This document shows positions 21,001 through 31,839 of a stretch of DNA of 64,000 nt, piece after piece (the first letter of the stretch is position 1; every line of letters starts with the position of its first letter). Made by a program: the position numbers and the translations under genes. Source of the stretch: Macrostomum lignano (lineage: Eukaryota); the NCBI GenBank assembly GCA_002269645.1, contig NIVC01000293.1, forward strand, positions 62,001 to 126,000, read 5' to 3'. Under the pieces are notes generated by a model. That model had not been told where the DNA came from and searched no databases. It saw only the letters and a list, made by a program, of their open reading frames with translations.

Positions 21001-22322
21001 TGCATCAGGGATGACTGGTTCCTGAAAGCGTCACCGATCTCACGTGCCTGCCAGTTGCTCCGTGCTCCTCTACAGCTCTTTTGTCTTTGCTGCTGCGATG
21101 AATTCTCCGATCGTGAAGATACGTCACTGTCAATTTCAGACTCAGACATTAGAGCCAATTGCCTTTTCGTTTTTTGCTCTCTCCTTACTAGTCTGTCTTC
21201 CTTGTCGCTCACTCGCAGTCGCTCATAGTCAGCTTGCTGCTTCAGTGACTCCAGTTTTTTAATTAGCAACAATTTATCCAACCGGTCTTTTCCCTTGGCA
21301 GATTTACTGCGCATTTCGTGGAGCATTTGGTCCAGCGTATCGGTTTCTAGAACAGACTTGCTAAAATTGCGGCTCTGTTGGTCAGACTTCTGCGCCTGAT
21401 GCACTCTGCTCTGCTTTTCTACCGGGCGCAGCTGCTGGCCAGTCTCTACCTGAAAACGCGCGGTGTCCAATTTAGGATTGCATTCTTCTTCATCCAGTTG
21501 CGAGTTCAAATTTAGTTCCAGAGCCAACTGCTGGATGGCATCTTGCCGTTGCTTCAGACGTTTTTCCAGCTCTGCATTTCGTTGTCGCTGAAGCTCCAAC
21601 TCTTGACGAGCCTGGGTTAGCTGCAGCTCAATGTCCTTCTCCACTTGAGCTTTCAACATCTGACTGCGGTCCTTCTCCTGCTGTTGAGATTGATACAACT
21701 GTTGAAGCTCCAACTCTTTGTCAGCAAGAAGTTTTTGTCGGAAATCGTAATTTTGTGGAGTCGATGCTTGCTCGCTTTGAACTCCTTCAACTACCAATTT
21801 GTTCCATGCTCCATCTTGCTTTTCTTGACTGCATAAATCATTGTGTTGTTTTGATAGGCATTTAAGCCTCTCCAACTCGTTTCCCATGGGGCTATACATG
21901 TAATTCTGAGGTTTGCTTGGTTTAAAATTCTGTAGAGGCACAGGCCGCAACGTTCGAGGCTCGCTTCTGACAATGTTAGACGATTCTTCCATAGATTGAT
22001 TTATAACTTTGGTGTCCGAATATTTACTATTTAAAACAGGTGCCACCAGAGTAGAGGCAGTCTTGCTTGGTGTGGCAGCACCACCTGACATTGGGACGTA
22101 ATTTCCTGGTCCACAGTTGATCATCTGGTCGTCCCGCCTGGCCACAAGTGGCCGAAGTTGTCTGTTTGGCCTGGCAGGAGCATAGCTGGTCTGATTTACG
22201 TACTGTCCCGGCAAACTGGCATCCGGGTTGACGACTGACTTGGCAGTGTGCATTTCCCTGCTGTGGAGCTGCAGGCCGAGCATCTCCTGAAGCTGCCGCT
22301 GCTTGTTGCTATCTGTCTCCAT
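18021..22322 (-). CDS. Large single-exon protein (~1430 aa): N-terminal coiled coil, long charged disordered region, Cys-rich C-terminal tail; function unknown
   Basis: 4.3-kb open frame in non-satellite sequence. First ATG at 22322; in-frame stop upstream at 22407-22409; an upstream exon cannot be excluded. Confidence 0.8.
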   Translation of the reverse strand: METDSNKQRQLQEMLGLQLHSREMHTAKSVVNPDASLPGQYVNQTSYAPARPNRQLRPLVARRDDQMINCGPGNYVPMSGGAATPSKTASTLVAPVLNSKYSDTKVINQSMEESSNIVRSEPRTLRPVPLQNFKPSKPQNYMYSPMGNELERLKCLSKQHNDLCSQEKQDGAWNKLVVEGVQSEQASTPQNYDFRQKLLADKELELQQLYQSQQQEKDRSQMLKAQVEKDIELQLTQARQELELQRQRNAELEKRLKQRQDAIQQLALELNLNSQLDEEECNPKLDTARFQVETGQQLRPVEKQSRVHQAQKSDQQSRNFSKSVLETDTLDQMLHEMRSKSAKGKDRLDKLLLIKKLESLKQQADYERLRVSDKEDRLVRREQKTKRQLALMSESEIDSDVSSRSENSSQQQRQKSCRGARSNWQAREIGDAFRNQSSLMQLVDNAAVNLTLQNVQSRGGSGETDESPVQETGRRLRSRVDYDRPQQQRDTGDGSRQLQHQKDCSYLSFHAKHGRLKLAAENLARMPAAKSPLHGHRIRSRSCERMDFRRRHSPALIMSSSSGRPIGMGLSRLLEESQRDSDDSSKGYNVRSAMEVDVSFSSSEESGGEEEQLEIKRQKRLAQQRKSEGPPSTSPSDKDRFEQTNPEMQNRISSRRSSVINQGENKNPGVDSEKHLPGSNRAAPGRRSFGNEDDMDYADQSRQRRQSEKSVEGTKSYPRRSFTNDVELADDDEESKPQVYTGKQVEVLERRPRFKPRHSVGNEDEMDYADQNRSKRHSEKQSENPMGLPRSNPRRSVGNDSELDNYDQSRPMPIKSSSSPSEADRGNKYLPESSRFVGNRAAARPTSTDNGMDSMPEEWSGRPVQAQYPSPSDENTNTDENEGRKSEPKMFKLPEAPKPVVLDSDDDENWDEDRRRRIRRKQSRRPSKLSIASHLSRNPDNHSGDDEDEAHEPPRTLNSGADENPSSRPRRQSEKSIKSAAETKAGENENVDSRFQDSNKAADPAKLLAHADSDASQLDAETSDKDIESTDATEASAIQQQNLQSKNVLRDNTDTDVQPALREKSLNKSMKLGIAGEQTGLQQPQEGDEGPTTAAPTQRHSWRSKHNKAAPDSYTQDSEHRGVLDDTRDTDSDTRSTQPPQGSYALRPETGGKVQLLARRFFQHQDQMKQKKAEAEAPDSASDHAKKEASKPGAAATSKFKDEKPTAAAQEKRALVKSVSRLPATEGGAVQIKPEDTLSVEDIEACKSRAQRKNEERRKRRENKETGQVTPVAPVSDLDEDDDVAPVMQQESLGEQLRRSHKEPDHNEVAPMTGDELPKPEEKRRDSEGVMALEKVREQEPQQQPKPHLSNRASKPKESVAARAPVPAVTKPQQRRRKRRRSSRLEPVARSMSLPPQPTVIYCCPPCPPANCCRNRCAMPNCYRAAGYCCRRC

Positions 22323-23190
22323 CTGTTTGACGAAAGCAGCTGATTTGACTTTCAATTCACTAACTGCTGCCTTTGATATTTCTGATGAGCTGCTTTCACT
22401 GCAGCACTAGCCGACCGGGAATTAAAGAAGCTGAGACTTCTTGGCGTGGGCTTTTTAACGGCGAACTCTATGGCAGAAACTAAAACAAAATTGTTGACAG
22501 ATATTTAAATCAATGGAGCCAAATTTAGCGTTGTTTTTTAGCTCGTAGTCGCACACGTTTATAAAAATATTCTGATAAAAAAACGATTCCATATTCAATT
22601 TTGTGGAGACAGTTCACGATATTGCAACAATTCTTTACTTTTAGTGACGGTTTTCAAAAGAAACAGAATATCTGAAGCATTCAATGTTAAGTGACTCTCG
22701 AATATATAATAAATAGGCCAAATTAAATCAACTCGTCCGTTGCAAATATATTTGTCAGAAAATTCATACAACACGATCGCAAAATAAATACATTTTTTGA
22801 ATTGTCGAGAAAGTGACGTGAGAAAAAAGTTTCCAAAATAAGATCAGTGTATAGAAGAATGGTAATAACAAGCTCAAATAAATAATTCAATGTGATAGTT
22901 AAACAAATTGAAGAAATGTGACGCTGTTCAAATCGGCCTTGCGTGACATCAATGTTAAGTCGTGCTGCCAGTCGATTGCTAAATTAAAAGTACATTTTAC
23001 TAAACAGACTAGTACATGATTGATTGAATAATAAGAAGCTCACGTGAAGACGTAATTCAAGTCATAATAAATAAACACAGGTGAATACGCAAGGTTGCTT
23101 GCTACACAGTAAATTACTAGATTGATTTTTTTGTAAAGTGTGTGACACAAAATAGCTGATCAATATTCAAAATCCAGTTAGTATATTTTC

Positions 23191-26100
23191 TCAAGCTTTT
23201 GGCGTCTTCCGTCCTCTGACGCCGGTCTGCACTCGTTTGCCCCTGTCCTCCCAGTCTAAATCGGCGTCCTCTTCAGCCGGCACTTTCAGAATTTTCTTCT
23301 GCTGCCTGATGCTTGCTGGCTGGGCATCTGAGTCTCCAGACAACTCGCCCACTGCCGCCACCACGTTTAGGGTCTGGGGATTGGGAACGGAAAATTTAAT
23401 ATGTATATGGATTTTGCACTTCCGAGGACCAAAAATAATGTTCTTGTAAGTGCAAACAACGGGCCGAATGGTTTCAGCCTTCCCACGCATGCTTTTGCAG
23501 AGTGGCAGAGTCTACCAGCAAATTACTAGAAACCTAGCAATTTTCTTCGCTCAGTATTACTAAGTAAGTGGTAGAGTCTACGACTTTGCCTAGAACCGCT
23601 TGATGAATCTACCAGTTTACCTAGAACCTCCTACAGAATCTACAAGTTTACCTAGAACCTTATGAAGAATCCACCAGTTTACTTTGAATCTCCTATAGAA
23701 TCCACCAGTTTACCTAGAACCTTATGAAGAATCCACCAGTTTACCTAGAACCTCCTACAGAATCTACCAGTTTACCTAAAACCTCCTACAGAATCTACAA
23801 GTTTAACTAGAACTTCATGAAGAATCCACAAGTTTACCTAGAACCTTATGAAGAATCCACCAGTTTACCTAGAACCTCATACAGAGTCTACCAGTTTACC
23901 TAGAACCTCCTACATAATCTACCAGTTTACCTAGAACCTCCTACAGAATCTACCACCAGTTTACCTAGAATCTCATACAAAAGCTTCCAGTGAATTCACA
24001 ACAAAATCATATAATTATACCCACAAATTCTAAACTCTAGCAGGCACTGGAACCACTCGAAAAAGCCCCTCTACCATGCATCAGCAATCCAGGTCATTCA
24101 GTGCACTGCCGTCTGCCTCTTAATTTGTGATTTTTAGTGCAATGAATTCTTAGCGCTCACCCAGTCAAAAAATGCAGCAGCGGCCGCACTCTTCAGAGCC
24201 ACTTCCCGGATGTCGAGGTTGGCGACAATCTCTTTGCTGCGAGCTGCAATAGCCGGATGTACATCAGTCGGATCCAATCGGTTAAAGTCGGCAACGCGAA
24301 GTGTCTTCACGATGGGCTGACAGCGTTTCCATTTCTGTTAAAAGAAAAAAATTCTGAACAGTCTGAAAAGATGCCCTAATGGAAGTGGTGTCTGGGTAAG
24401 AGATGGAAGTGGTGTCTGGGTAAGAGATGGAAGTGGTGTCTGGGTAAGAGATGGAAGTGGTGTCTGGGTAAGAGATGGAAGTGGTGTCTGGGTAAGAGAT
24501 GGAAGTGGTGTCTGGGTAAGAGATGGAAGTGGTTTCTGGGTAAGAGATGGAAGTGGTGTCTGGGTAAGAGATGGAAGTTGTGTCTGGGTAAGACATGGAA
24601 GTGGTGCCTGGGTAAGAGATGGAAGTGGTTTCTGGGTAAGAGATGGAAGTTGTGTCTGAGTAAGAGATGGAAGTGGTGTCTGGGTAAGAGATGGAAGTGG
24701 TTTCTGGGTAAGAGATGGAAGTTGTGTCTGAGTAAGAGATGGAAGTGGTGTCTGAGTAAGAGATGGAAGTGGTGTCTGAGTAAGAGATGGAAGTGGTTTC
24801 TGGGTAAGAGATGGAAGTTGTGTCTGAGTAAGAGATGGAAGTGGTGCCTGGGTAAGAGATGGAAGTGGTGCCTGGGTGCTACTTAAAGTAGCAATAAAGA
24901 ATCTAAAGCACCTAAAACAATTGACACCCTAATAGTCAAGTACGAGCATAGAACTTGAAGTCATGAACAACAGATCCATAAACCCTCAGTGAATTAATTC
25001 CTAAATAATTTCATTACAGAACTCACCCGAGTCCTCTTCTCGTAGAAGCCCATAATCAGCAGCACCGCCATCACCGTAGCGTGAATGTCCTGGTCAGGAT
25101 TGGCATAGCAGGTCAGCTCGAGTTTGGACTTCTCATCCAGATTCAACGGTTTGATGGTGATTTTTTCAATCCGGTCGAATCTTCTGTAGACGTCCAGAGC
25201 TCGGCGCATGTCGGCGCTGAGTTCCACTAGAATTTCTTCCGAGAAGAATTCGTCATCAATTTGTCTGAGCACCTCGGCGATCCTCTCCTTGTTACGGCTG
25301 GTCTTCGCTTGCTCGATACTGTTGTTCAGTTCTGGAATGTTTTGGTACAAGTGAGCTTAAATCTCTAAAATGAAGTTATGATTATACAAAAGCTTAAAAA
25401 ATCATTAATACCAAGCAAAATCACTAGGGAGTTTTTAAAGGAAATTTTGAAGGCCTACCTTTCTGTAAAAAAGTGTGTAATCAAATGCAGACAATATTAA
25501 GCTTTCCTGTTTACAACTGATTAAAATCTGTCTGTCTATACTGTCTGGCAAACTCTGGCCATATGCGGCTCGCGATGCCCCTCTATCCGGCCCTCGGGGT
25601 CCTTTGAAACTTAGCAATAGGCTAGTGGCTCTTTTCAGTTCTCTCTTCTCTCCCCACTTCTCTCCACTCCCTCCTCTTCCCCCTCTCTCCTCTCTCCCTT
25701 CTCTCCCCTCTCTCCTCTCTCCCTTCTTTTCCAGCTCTCTCCTCTCTCCTCTTTTCTCTCCCCTCTCTCCCTTCTTCTCTTCCCTCTTTCCTCTTTCCCA
25801 TCTTCTCTCACTCTCTCCTCTCCCCTCTCTCCTCTCTCTCTCCACTTTCCTGTCTCTCCCATTTCTCTCCTCTCTCCCCTGTTCTCTCCCCCTCTCTCCC
25901 CTCTTCCCTCTCTCTCCCCTCTTCCCTCTCTCTCCCCTCTTCCCTCTCTCCCCCCTCTGTCTCCACTCTCCCTTCTTCTCTCCCCTCTCTCTCCTCTCTC
26001 CCCTCTGCTCTCCTTCTCTCCTCTCTCCCCTCTAAACCTCTATTACCTATCCTCTTCACTCGCATCTGGTCTACAGCCATAAGCTGGATTCTTTTTCTAC

Positions 26101-29100
26101 CCCATGAGGTAAAAACGTTTGCCGATCCGTGGTTTATACTTTGTCAAAACATATTTCACAAGTAGTTTGAAAAGATAAAAGTTACTCACTATCCTTCAGC
26201 TGCAGCATTCTCAGAAATCGTTTAGCAAACATGTACAACTCGTCATCCTGAGACTGTCCACTATCGACCCATTCGTCCATGGCGGCTTTGATCAGCTTGG
26301 CTCGTTTCAAACGAAGCGCCTCGCATATCTGAATCCGACAGTGCCTCTTCACGGCCCCTTTGAATAATAGAGAAGGAGAGAGTTAACAGCTGCCTAAGGA
26401 ATAGAATAGAATAATATATTATTGCAGGAGGACTTTCTATTATAATCTATCTATCTTTCAAACACTTTTTAACCCTTTGAACCCTTTAGGTATTGACACT
26501 CCTGGGTGTTAAATTAAACGACAACCAGCGAACGGAATCGAACCAGGGGTGGTGAACGCACTGGCCCCGCACTCACGCCTCTCTTTGGCCTCCCTTCGTC
26601 GACGCTGCTTCTCTTCCGCTTTTGATGACGACGCCGTAGCTGTGGTGCCGCCTCCGCTGCTGCGACCGCGACCCGAAGTGGATGCCGCCCGCGAGGAGGC
26701 TGACGACGAGGATGAAGCGCGATGAGAGCCAGAATTGGACCGGGATCGGGACCTAGATCGGGACCTAGATCGGGACTTAGATCGTGACTTAGATCGGGAC
26801 TTAGATCGGGATTTTAGTCGCGATCTGGAGCGAGGCGGTGTTCGAGAGCGGGATCGAGAGCGGGATTGAGAGCGGGACCGTGAACGGCAACGTGACTCAG
26901 GACGATTGTCTCCTGTTGTTGTTTCTTCATTCTTCTGCTTTTCTTGTTGCGCCTCCTGCTGCTTCTGCTGCTGTCTGGGTGTCGACGATGGCGACTTTCT
27001 CGATTCTTGCAGCGAAGCTTTCGAACCTGGCTTTTCTGTTTTATCCTCATGCTTGGCAGCGTCTTCTTCTCTGTCTCTGCTAACAACCTCAGCAGTGGTG
27101 ACGGCGTACTTTAACAGGCAGCATTCGGTGCCATCCGCATAGCAGCACATGACAGAGTACTCATCGCCAGGTAAGTCAGTTGGCAACTGCCCAGATACAC
27201 ACCCGTCAGATCCGATGTCGAATGTCATAAGAGGCTCCGCGGCATTGTCGACTCCATCAGTTCTACGCAGCATCACGGATTTGACCGCTGAATCAGTGCC
27301 AACTACCAAGCCAAGCTTTGCCTCCGCACCGTGCGTCAGCAAGCCCTGCAGGCCATCGAACAGACGGAACGGCGGCCTCCAGCCATCGCCAACAGCGGGG
27401 AACGGCACGGCCAGCTGCTGTGAATCCATGGCACCGCGGCTGCGGATCAAATAGGTGAACAGCTGATGCTCTTCCGGACTATCCGGTCCCGAGCCGAACA
27501 CCCGGAGCACGTGACTTCCAGTGTCGCGGAAGCGCACCCGAAATTCCGTACCGGAGCCGTTTTGACCGGCCTGAGCCAGGGCAAAGTTTGGTACGGCTTC
27601 CAGTTGGCCATGCGAGTAGTGCAGCAACTCGCAGCGCAGTCGGGTTGTTTCCGGGTGACTCCAGGACAGGCTGAGTTCCGGCTGGTCTGTCTTGATGTAG
27701 GGCCGAAGGCTGCTGCTCTCGTTGCTACTGCCGTCAACCATCAGATCTGGCTGAGCTTTCAGCTGCTCAGCAGCCGCGATCATCTCCGCGTCAGTCGCTC
27801 CAAGCCGGCCTCCAAGAAGCTTGGAAGGCGGAACCGAGCATTCCACATCTCCGACTTTGACGACGTCCGTTGCTTCGACAAGAAAGTCGCCAACCAACTG
27901 GTAGGACGACTCCTCCGACTCGTCGCTGCATCGCTTAGCCATGATTGACAGGCCGAACTGGCCGCTCTCCGGGGCCACCACGTGGATCATGTCCAGCTCG
28001 CCTTCGCGCCACACCAGCGGCTCATTGTGAGCCAGTGGGTTCGGGTCCTCGCGATTGCGCAACTCGCAGCGGTAGTCCAGCTCGCTGTTGGCCTTCAACT
28101 GCAGGGTCTCCTCGCCGCCGCTGAGCCGGATGTCGGCGCCCTGGTGGCTGACGGCGGTCACGCCGATCTTCTCGGCCCGGGCGCCGAGGCCCCACTCGTC
28201 GGCGCGAGTCTCCGGAAGTGGCGCCACGTCCTCGCCGATGCGGTCGCAGTGCAGCACGTAGTGGACCAAGTCCACTCGGGGCGATGACGTCCCTTCCATT
28301 TCGTTGTCGTTGCTGTTGCTGCTGTTGATGCCCTGCAGCACCAGCAGGTACTTGCCTGTCCTAGGGGGGTACACCGCCACCTCCAGCTGTTTGCCTTGCC
28401 GTTTCAGCGCCGCAAATCTTGTCAGCTTCATCCTGCGACGTTGGAAATCGACCGTGTCGGAGTTGGTCGCCAGGCTGCCGGTGTGAATGTACAGCAGGGC
28501 CGCGTACTCGCGCAGGATGGGACCCGTCTCTTCGAACTGCAGCACGAGCTCGCCAGACTCGGGCACGAGGGCCACAGCCTTCAGGTGGCTGACAAGACGC
28601 AGGCCGAAGGACTCCATGAGATCGGGGAACATGTAGGGCAGCTGCTCAAACTGGCGTTGGCTCAGCGCTTCTGGGAGCAGCTGCCACTCGGGCCGCTCCG
28701 GATAGTGCTTGAAGATCATCTTCCACGGGTCGGTGAGGAAGTAAGTCTCGTTGCAGTTGTACACCATGGTGCCGCGGCTTGGCGTCGCTTTCTGAATCCG
28801 GCCGTCGTCGGAGATCCGGTTCCACTCGCCGCTGTTCTCGCCGGCCACGTGGCAGCAGCCCCAGTGGGCGTCGACCAGTCGCCATTCGCCGTCAATCAGC
28901 ACGGCGAACCAGAGGCCGCGGTCGCGAGCTTCGTCGATGCGTTCGCCGATCCGGTAGGAGGTGCCCTTCTTGTAGCCGCGGATGAGCTCGAACTCAACTC
29001 CTGCGTAGCTGCGGGTGGTTAAAAGGGTAATTGGAGAGACGTATTTGCATCAGGACGCGCGATCTGTCCTTATTGACTGTGCTCCACTGTAGAGCACACG

Positions 29101-29275
29101 GTTTTGACCTTCTTCAAGGACTGCAGTTCTGCTTCGGATCACTCGTGATTTAATTTCGGGGAAAACGCTTTCCGCTAAAGCAAAGTTCCATGGATTTGAA
29201 ATTATGCTATTAGAGATCAATTATATGGAAAGGTAAATAAGCTAGACAGACAGACACACAGACAGACAGATACTA

Positions 29276-29327
<52 letters not shown>

Positions 29328-29359
29328 TCTAAGACAGACAGACAAACAAACAGATACTA

Positions 29360-29404
<45 letters not shown>

Positions 29405-29405
29405 C

Positions 29406-29471
<66 letters not shown>

Positions 29472-31839
29472 TGACATACAGAAAAGCAGGCAGGCAGGAA
29501 GACACAAACAGGCAGACAGACAGACTGACATACAGAAAAGCAGGCAGGCAGGAAGACACAAACAGGCAGACAGACGGGTAGATATTTTTCAAATTGAAAT
29601 TGCAAAGCAACAGCTAAAGAATTGAGACTAATAATGTCATTTGTTTTGGCATTTTAGTTCGTCTCTTACGATGCTTTCAAAAGCAATAATTTTTTTGATT
29701 AAGAAAATTTAACTTAATTTCTTCGCAACAAATGCTTGCTGGGTTTCCGCGTTGATTGAACCAGTCCAGAGTATTTGGCAGATCAATTCGAAAAAAGGTT
29801 GACGAGTAGACCTGTTGCTGTGAAGGACAGAGAAGAGTAGAATTGGCTTCCTTGTATTTTAAGGCCGTGCAGTTTGGCGTTAATAGGAGAACTTTTTTCA
29901 GGAGAGAAAAATGGGAAGGAAATGCAACACAACAGTTCCCATTGCAAGATAGCCAGCACTTGCTCTCATCGAGAGGCGTGGGATTATAAAGGGTGATTGG
30001 GTCGATGAAGACTGACTCTATTTCTGAGTACATGCATGAACTGTACGGCTCATACGGGAAGAATTGGCAGCAGGTTTCTGAAATGCTTGCAATTCAGTCT
30101 TATTATACGAGGTCTGTCTAGGAAGTTTCGCTGACTGGGGAAGGGGGTTGCCAGACGCACCCTCAATTACCCCAGCTGGCACCCATTTTACAGCTGGGTG
30201 AACTGAAGCAATGCAGAATTAAATGTCTTGCTCAAAGGACAAAAATTGTTCCGATTACGTCGAGAATCGAACCCCCGACCTTTCAGCAGGCTACAATCAT
30301 TCGAGGACAAGGTCCGCGGCCTTGTGTGTTGCTACAGGTGGAGACTGTGCTGAGACGGCTGTCTTGAAGGCTGATGAGGATGTCGAAAGACAGCAGTTAG
30401 TTTCTATACTCGTGAGAATAAGAAATTATTAGAAAGCAAAAACGCTTTGAAATTGCACCAAAGTTGCTTTTACAGCTCAGTGATTAAAAGTGTCAGAACT
30501 TTCCGGAGAGCCTTTGTAAGCACAGTGAGTCTATTTTTAACACTATATAGCAGTTTGCTAATATTAAGAAGTAAGCTGGATTCTGTTGGCCAATGTTGAA
30601 AATTTTTAAAAGGAATTGTTATGCTTTTCTTTGAAGGCATACAGCCCACTCAGTCACAATGGTCGCTTTACTCATAGTCATCGGAGGGTCCGCTTCAGGC
30701 TTTGCTTCTTTCATAACTGTGCAATCTGGTTCGAAAACACGGCTCTTGACCTATTAAATACTTTTGAATTCAGACTGCCAGCCATCTTCATCCACAGACT
30801 CTCAGATTTCACTGTCACATATAGAGCGAAATGCTATTGTGCTTATAAATATATGCTAAGACACTTGTACGGTTTCTCAAATTCACTCACAGACTCTCAC
30901 TCCACTCACAGACTCTCACTCTACTCGCAGACTCTCACTCCACTCACAGACTCTCACTCCACTCACAGACTCTCACTCCACTCGCAGACTCTCACTCCAC
31001 TCACAGACTCTCACTCTACTCGCAGACTCTCACTCCACTCACAGACTCTCACTCCACTCGCAGACTCTCACTCCACTCACAGACTCTCACTCCACTCAGA
31101 ATTTCACTCGACTTAGACTCTTAATCCGCTCAGGACTCCAAATCATATAATGAACACTTCAGCACACTCCAAGACACTCAAATTCTACCAACTTTTCAGG
31201 CCCATATCGAAAAACTAACTATACCCTGTAGTAGGAAAGTAAAAATGTCATCTCAAACAAACTTTAAGTTTACGCAAGGACTTTTAAAGGCTACTAACTA
31301 CACCAACAACTATGAGAGGTCCCGAATTTAATGATTAATATTTTATGAACATCGATCCAGTTCCCCAGAGACCATCGAACTCACGCTATAAGCCGCTGAA
31401 ACAGAGCCGAGAACAGTTTCTCCTGTCGGCACCGAATCAAAATATCCAACGGCGAATCCCGTTTTCTTCTATCGGCCTCGCCGCCCTCACCATCCGTGAC
31501 CTTGATCGGATCGGCTCGGCCCACCCACTCGAAAGCGGCTCGAACTTTCTCCAGCTCGCTTCGACACTGGCATTCGCGCATCAGCCTGTCTGTGAAGCTC
31601 TGCCAATCGTCTTCAACAGTTGGTAACAAAGTTGACACAGTGTCGGCGATATGGGCGAAGCTGCTGGGCTGGAAGACGGCCTCCTTGCGCCGGTTACTGG
31701 GGTAAGGCAGCGGCGGCTGCTGGTCAGTCTGCTGCAGCTTGGAGGCAGGGTCAAGACCTTTGTCCAGCTGCAGCTGACGGAGCTCCTCAAGAGTGTAACC
31801 GCTGGAAGGGTCTTTGAATTCGTCGAGGTTGATCTCCAT
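23191..31839 (-). CDS. Hillarin/KY-like transglutaminase-fold protein; exons 31839-31385, 29008-26577, 26357-26190, 25355-25027, 24334-24161, 23373-23191
   Basis: Exons join in phase. Motifs SELEKVRAAFEW, LFQRLIAYAG, GEWRLVDAHWG, YFLTDP, HYPERPEWQLL, repeated beta-sandwich segments, C-terminal LELTCYANP..IHATVMAVLL and SAAAAAFFDW region. Confidence 0.82.
23600..23975. repeat. 31-bp minisatellite (GAATCTACCAGTTTACCTAGAACCTCCTACA), intronic
   Basis: About 12 degenerate tandem units. Confidence 0.9.
24375..24880. repeat. 24-bp minisatellite (GATGGAAGTGGTGTCTGGGTAAGA), intronic
   Basis: About 21 tandem units. Confidence 0.95.
25630..26035. repeat. CT-rich low-complexity tract, intronic
   Basis: About 400 bp of nearly pure pyrimidine on the + strand. 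Confidence 0.9.
29243..29577. repeat. (GACA)n compound microsatellite, intronic
   Basis: GACA runs plus two copies of a ~41-bp unit. Confidence 0.95.
30120..30295 (-). mobile_element. tRNA-derived SINE remnant with CORE-like central domain
   Basis: Minus-strand B-box-like GGTTCGATTC near 30262-30271. Plus-strand CCCATTTTACAGCTGGGTGAACTGAAGC...AAATGTCTTGCTCAAAGG resembles the reverse complement of the MIR/CORE domain. No A box seen. Confidence 0.55.
30885..31100. repeat. 19-bp minisatellite (ACTCACAGACTCTCACTCC), intronic
   Basis: About 11 tandem units. Confidence 0.92.

Noticed and set aside
25540-25601. Extra exon of the hillarin-like gene
   Set aside because: A phase 1-1 reading exists, but the donor is weak and exons 26357-26190 and 25355-25027 already join in frame; not decidable without RNA data.
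16340-29022. Antisense and alternative-frame ORFs overlapping TIPIN, the giant ORF and the hillarin-like exon
   Set aside because: Shadow ORFs expected from GC-rich coding sequence, with no recognisable motifs.
30358-30394. Hammerhead-ribozyme-like core (GCTGTC-TT...CTGATGA...GAAA-GACAGC)
   Set aside because: Stem III closes, but only 5 non-pairing, non-palindromic nt are available for stem I and 7 nt for stem II, so no viable fold.
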